Assembly (NCBI GenBank): GCA_002245135.1
Contig: NGBS01001176.1
Span: 1 to 64,000 of the forward strand
DNA: 64,000 nucleotides
Reading direction: 5' to 3'
Origin: Proteromonas lacertae
Lineage: Eukaryota
The position numbers and the translations under genes were made by a program. Under the pieces are notes generated by a model. The model searched no databases. It was not told the DNA's origin and saw only the letters and a program-made list of their open reading frames with translations. Below are positions 61,551 through 64,000 of the stretch, one piece after another (within the stretch, counting starts at the first letter, position 1; each line of letters begins with the position of its first letter).

Positions 61551-62222
61551 TACTCCATGATAGCATATGTCATTAGTTATAATATGATAAGTAATTCTCT
61601 TTTGCTTTCTATGATAATACTTATTTAACTTTTGAAATGTTAAATTCAATTTTCTGTATATAATTGCCATATGCATATCTTCTCTATAGATAATTCTTTT
61701 CTCTTTCAATAGTTCTATATAAATTGTAGTAATAAATGTACTAGGAGTTATAACAAATCCTCCAGCTACAAAATGAGGAAATATATTATATGGATAAATT
61801 GATTTAGGTAAAAATACAGAAGAATTTTCATATCTTCTAACTTTCATTTGTGGATAGTAAAATCCACTAATCATGTGTTTATTTAAATATATATTTATAT
61901 ATATTATAATTAAAGGTATGTTTGGTATAATATCATCATCATTTTTTATTATATAATCTGAGCATATATTCTTTTTAGTATAGAATCTGTAAATACTGCA
62001 TGTCATTATAGTTAGATTATAGTAACTATCAACAATATCAATACCAACAATATCATTTTTGCTTTCTTTTTTGATAGTATTTAAATTTTCTTTTGTAGCA
62101 ATAACAAAATTATAATTACATGATAGTTTTAAACATATCCTGCCCCATGTAGATTTTATTCTTTTTCTGTGTGCAAAATGATTAAAAGATGATACTATAT
62201 AGAATATTAGTTTAAAGAACAT
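61542..62222 (-). CDS. GT31 glycosyltransferase; the frame stays open upstream toward about 62400
   Basis: RIKSTWG, DSYYNLT, KNDDDI, FVAGGF, EDMHM. Confidence 0.8.
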   Translation of the reverse strand: MFFKLIFYIVSSFNHFAHRKRIKSTWGRICLKLSCNYNFVIATKENLNTIKKESKNDIVGIDIVDSYYNLTIMTCSIYRFYTKKNICSDYIIKNDDDIIPNIPLIIIYINIYLNKHMISGFYYPQMKVRRYENSSVFLPKSIYPYNIFPHFVAGGFVITPSTFITTIYIELLKEKRIIYREDMHMAIIYRKLNLTFQKLNKYYHRKQKRITYHIITNDICYHGVLY

Positions 62223-62497
62223 TTGATTAGTAGGTTGTATTGAAAAATTATAATAGAATGGATTGTTTGTATAAATATCCTTCTTTATAGAATGAGAGAT
62301 GTTTGTGTTTTTCTTAGAAAATATAAAAAGTATAAAACATACAAAAATAAAAATTACACTAGATATTCTAAATATATATAAATATATATATATAAGACTG
62401 AAATATTAATGAATATGTAATTACTTTAGTTTTAATATTAATTATTATTCTGACATTATACTTTTTTATATTTTCATTATTAATAACGCTAATATTT

Positions 62498-63370
62498 TTG
62501 TTAATTAAAAGCAATAATATTGATAGAATATATCCTCAAAATGATTATGAGCAAATAATACAATTTGATCAACTACATATGAATGTACTAAACAAATTGA
62601 ATTGTGTATATCCCTTAAAGGAAGTAAATCTAAAAAATCTATTAATTTTTCTTTTATCTAGAGATAGATACTATGCTGTGTATTATTCTCTAAAGTATTG
62701 GTTAAAGTTAGATAAAAAAATGCAAATTAAAATAATTATATTAGATCATTACACAACATATAAACCTTTACTTGAATATTACAATGTTATTGAAAAAATT
62801 CATAATATTAAAATATACAAATTAAAAGAATTAAATTGGAGAAATGCAATTGATAAAGAGGTACCTGATGTAATAAGCTGCTATTTAAAGAAGTTTAAAC
62901 AATATAAATATTATGTCTTGTCAGATGTTGATATTATACTAATCAATATTCCTAACAATATGTTTGATTTATATAGCACAATTCTATCTAGTTGTAAGGT
63001 TAATGTAGTTGGGCCATCTTTAATGATAAATGATATATCAATGCTATTTCCAGACTATAAAAGAGTTTATAATTTTGAAACAAAATATCTTAAAAGCAAT
63101 CATTATGATGTTCTATATAGAAATTATTATGTATCATTTATTGAAGCTGATATCGATACAATATTTGGAATGAGAAAAAGTACTGCAAGATTTAAAAGAC
63201 ATAGTAAATTATCATTTAGATCTTTATCTCCTTACATATCACATCATATTGATTGGTATATCACAGCTAAATCTATTCCTACATCTTTTATATACTATGT
63301 CAATCATTCAAAATCCATAAATCACTCTGGTTCTGCATTTAAAATTTCCAATTCACTAAAACAACCTTAG
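62498..63370 (+). CDS. GT2-like/GT-A glycosyltransferase; start uncertain
   Basis: IIILD..TTY.PLLEYY, YVLSDVDI, VGPSL.INDI, ADIDTIF, HIDWY. Confidence 0.65.
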   Translation: MLIKSNNIDRIYPQNDYEQIIQFDQLHMNVLNKLNCVYPLKEVNLKNLLIFLLSRDRYYAVYYSLKYWLKLDKKMQIKIIILDHYTTYKPLLEYYNVIEKIHNIKIYKLKELNWRNAIDKEVPDVISCYLKKFKQYKYYVLSDVDIILINIPNNMFDLYSTILSSCKVNVVGPSLMINDISMLFPDYKRVYNFETKYLKSNHYDVLYRNYYVSFIEADIDTIFGMRKSTARFKRHSKLSFRSLSPYISHHIDWYITAKSIPTSFIYYVNHSKSINHSGSAFKISNSLKQP

Positions 63371-63379
63371 AATTGATAA

Positions 63380-64000
63380 ATGTTAAATATATTTATTATA
63401 TATTTTATTTTAATGGTGATTTGTGTTAGATACTATGATTATATTTTTAATAATTATATCTTTACAAGGATTACATTTAACAGAAATGATAATTTATCAG
63501 AATTGTTTATTAATTCTGTTAATATATACAATCAAAGAATAGATTATATAAATCGTATGTACAAAATGAATCAGATATGTAAGGGATGGAAGAAAGCAAT
63601 AATTGTACTATTAAAATATGATGAAATTAAAAAGTTTATAAATAGAAACTACTTATTTCTTATACAAAAATATCATGATGAATTAATATTCTTTGTTACT
63701 GAAAGAATATCTAAAACAACTTTATATAAAGATATAAAATATATAGTAGTGGATATATCTGAAATTTTTTTCTCATTTCCTTATAAATTTAATCAATCAG
63801 CACATAAACCAAACTATATGAAGAGAGGAAAATGGAATTACCAACATATGTGTAGATTCTTTTTTAAAAATATATTTTTTCATCCCATATTGTGTGATGT
63901 TGATATTTATATGAGGCTTGATTCAGAATCAATACTAAATACTACTCAAAATTTATTTAATTTAATGGGGGAAGGAATTGTCTATATGCACAATAAAATA
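63380..64000 (+). CDS. GT15 (KRE2/Mnt1-like) alpha-1,2-mannosyltransferase, running off the window
   Basis: Not in the ORF track. Manual translation from ATG 63380 gives an N-terminal anchor and NYQHMCRFFF..IF.HPIL..DIYMRLDS. Confidence 0.8.
   Translation, partial: MLNIFIIYFILMVICVRYYDYIFNNYIFTRITFNRNDNLSELFINSVNIYNQRIDYINRMYKMNQICKGWKKAIIVLLKYDEIKKFINRNYLFLIQKYHDELIFFVTERISKTTLYKDIKYIVVDISEIFFSFPYKFNQSAHKPNYMKRGKWNYQHMCRFFFKNIFFHPILCDVDIYMRLDSESILNTTQNLFNLMGEGIVYMHNKI

Noticed and set aside
28163..64000. Bacterial contamination or chimeric contig for the glycosyltransferase clusters
   Set aside because: The genes have type II membrane anchors and spliceosomal introns, include eukaryote-typical GT15/GT31/GT77 families, and are interleaved with the same MITEs as the rest of the window.

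Overview
AT-rich eukaryotic (protist) DNA with very short GT-AG introns (mostly 25-38 nt) and TGTTTGTT-like motifs after several stop codons. This resembles Blastocystis/Opalinata, which is an inference. Bases 0.5-9 kb hold ordinary host genes: RNA polymerase I largest subunit, a PH-domain protein and a CTFKP-repeat protein. The rest is an accessory region with three interleaved components. (1) Two related, decaying endogenous Polinton-like/adenovirus-like DNA viruses (about 17.4-24.2 kb and 37.3-50.4 kb). Between them they encode protein-primed PolB, jelly-roll major and minor capsid proteins, an adenain-type protease and small Arg-rich core proteins with xGG/GxG cleavage motifs and protein-VI-like amphipathic helices. 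A third, highly deleted PolB+capsid relic lies at 56.1-56.4 kb. (2) Ginger-type integrase-Ulp1 transposons and TGT..ACA MITEs with 5-bp target-site duplications (TSDs), plus hAT, Tc1 and possible CACTA fragments. (3) Two tightly packed glycan-modification gene clusters (28-35 kb and 55-64 kb). Frame breaks inside the essential RPA1 gene suggest assembly indels, so frameshift-based pseudogene calls need caution. All family calls come from motif recognition, not database searches.
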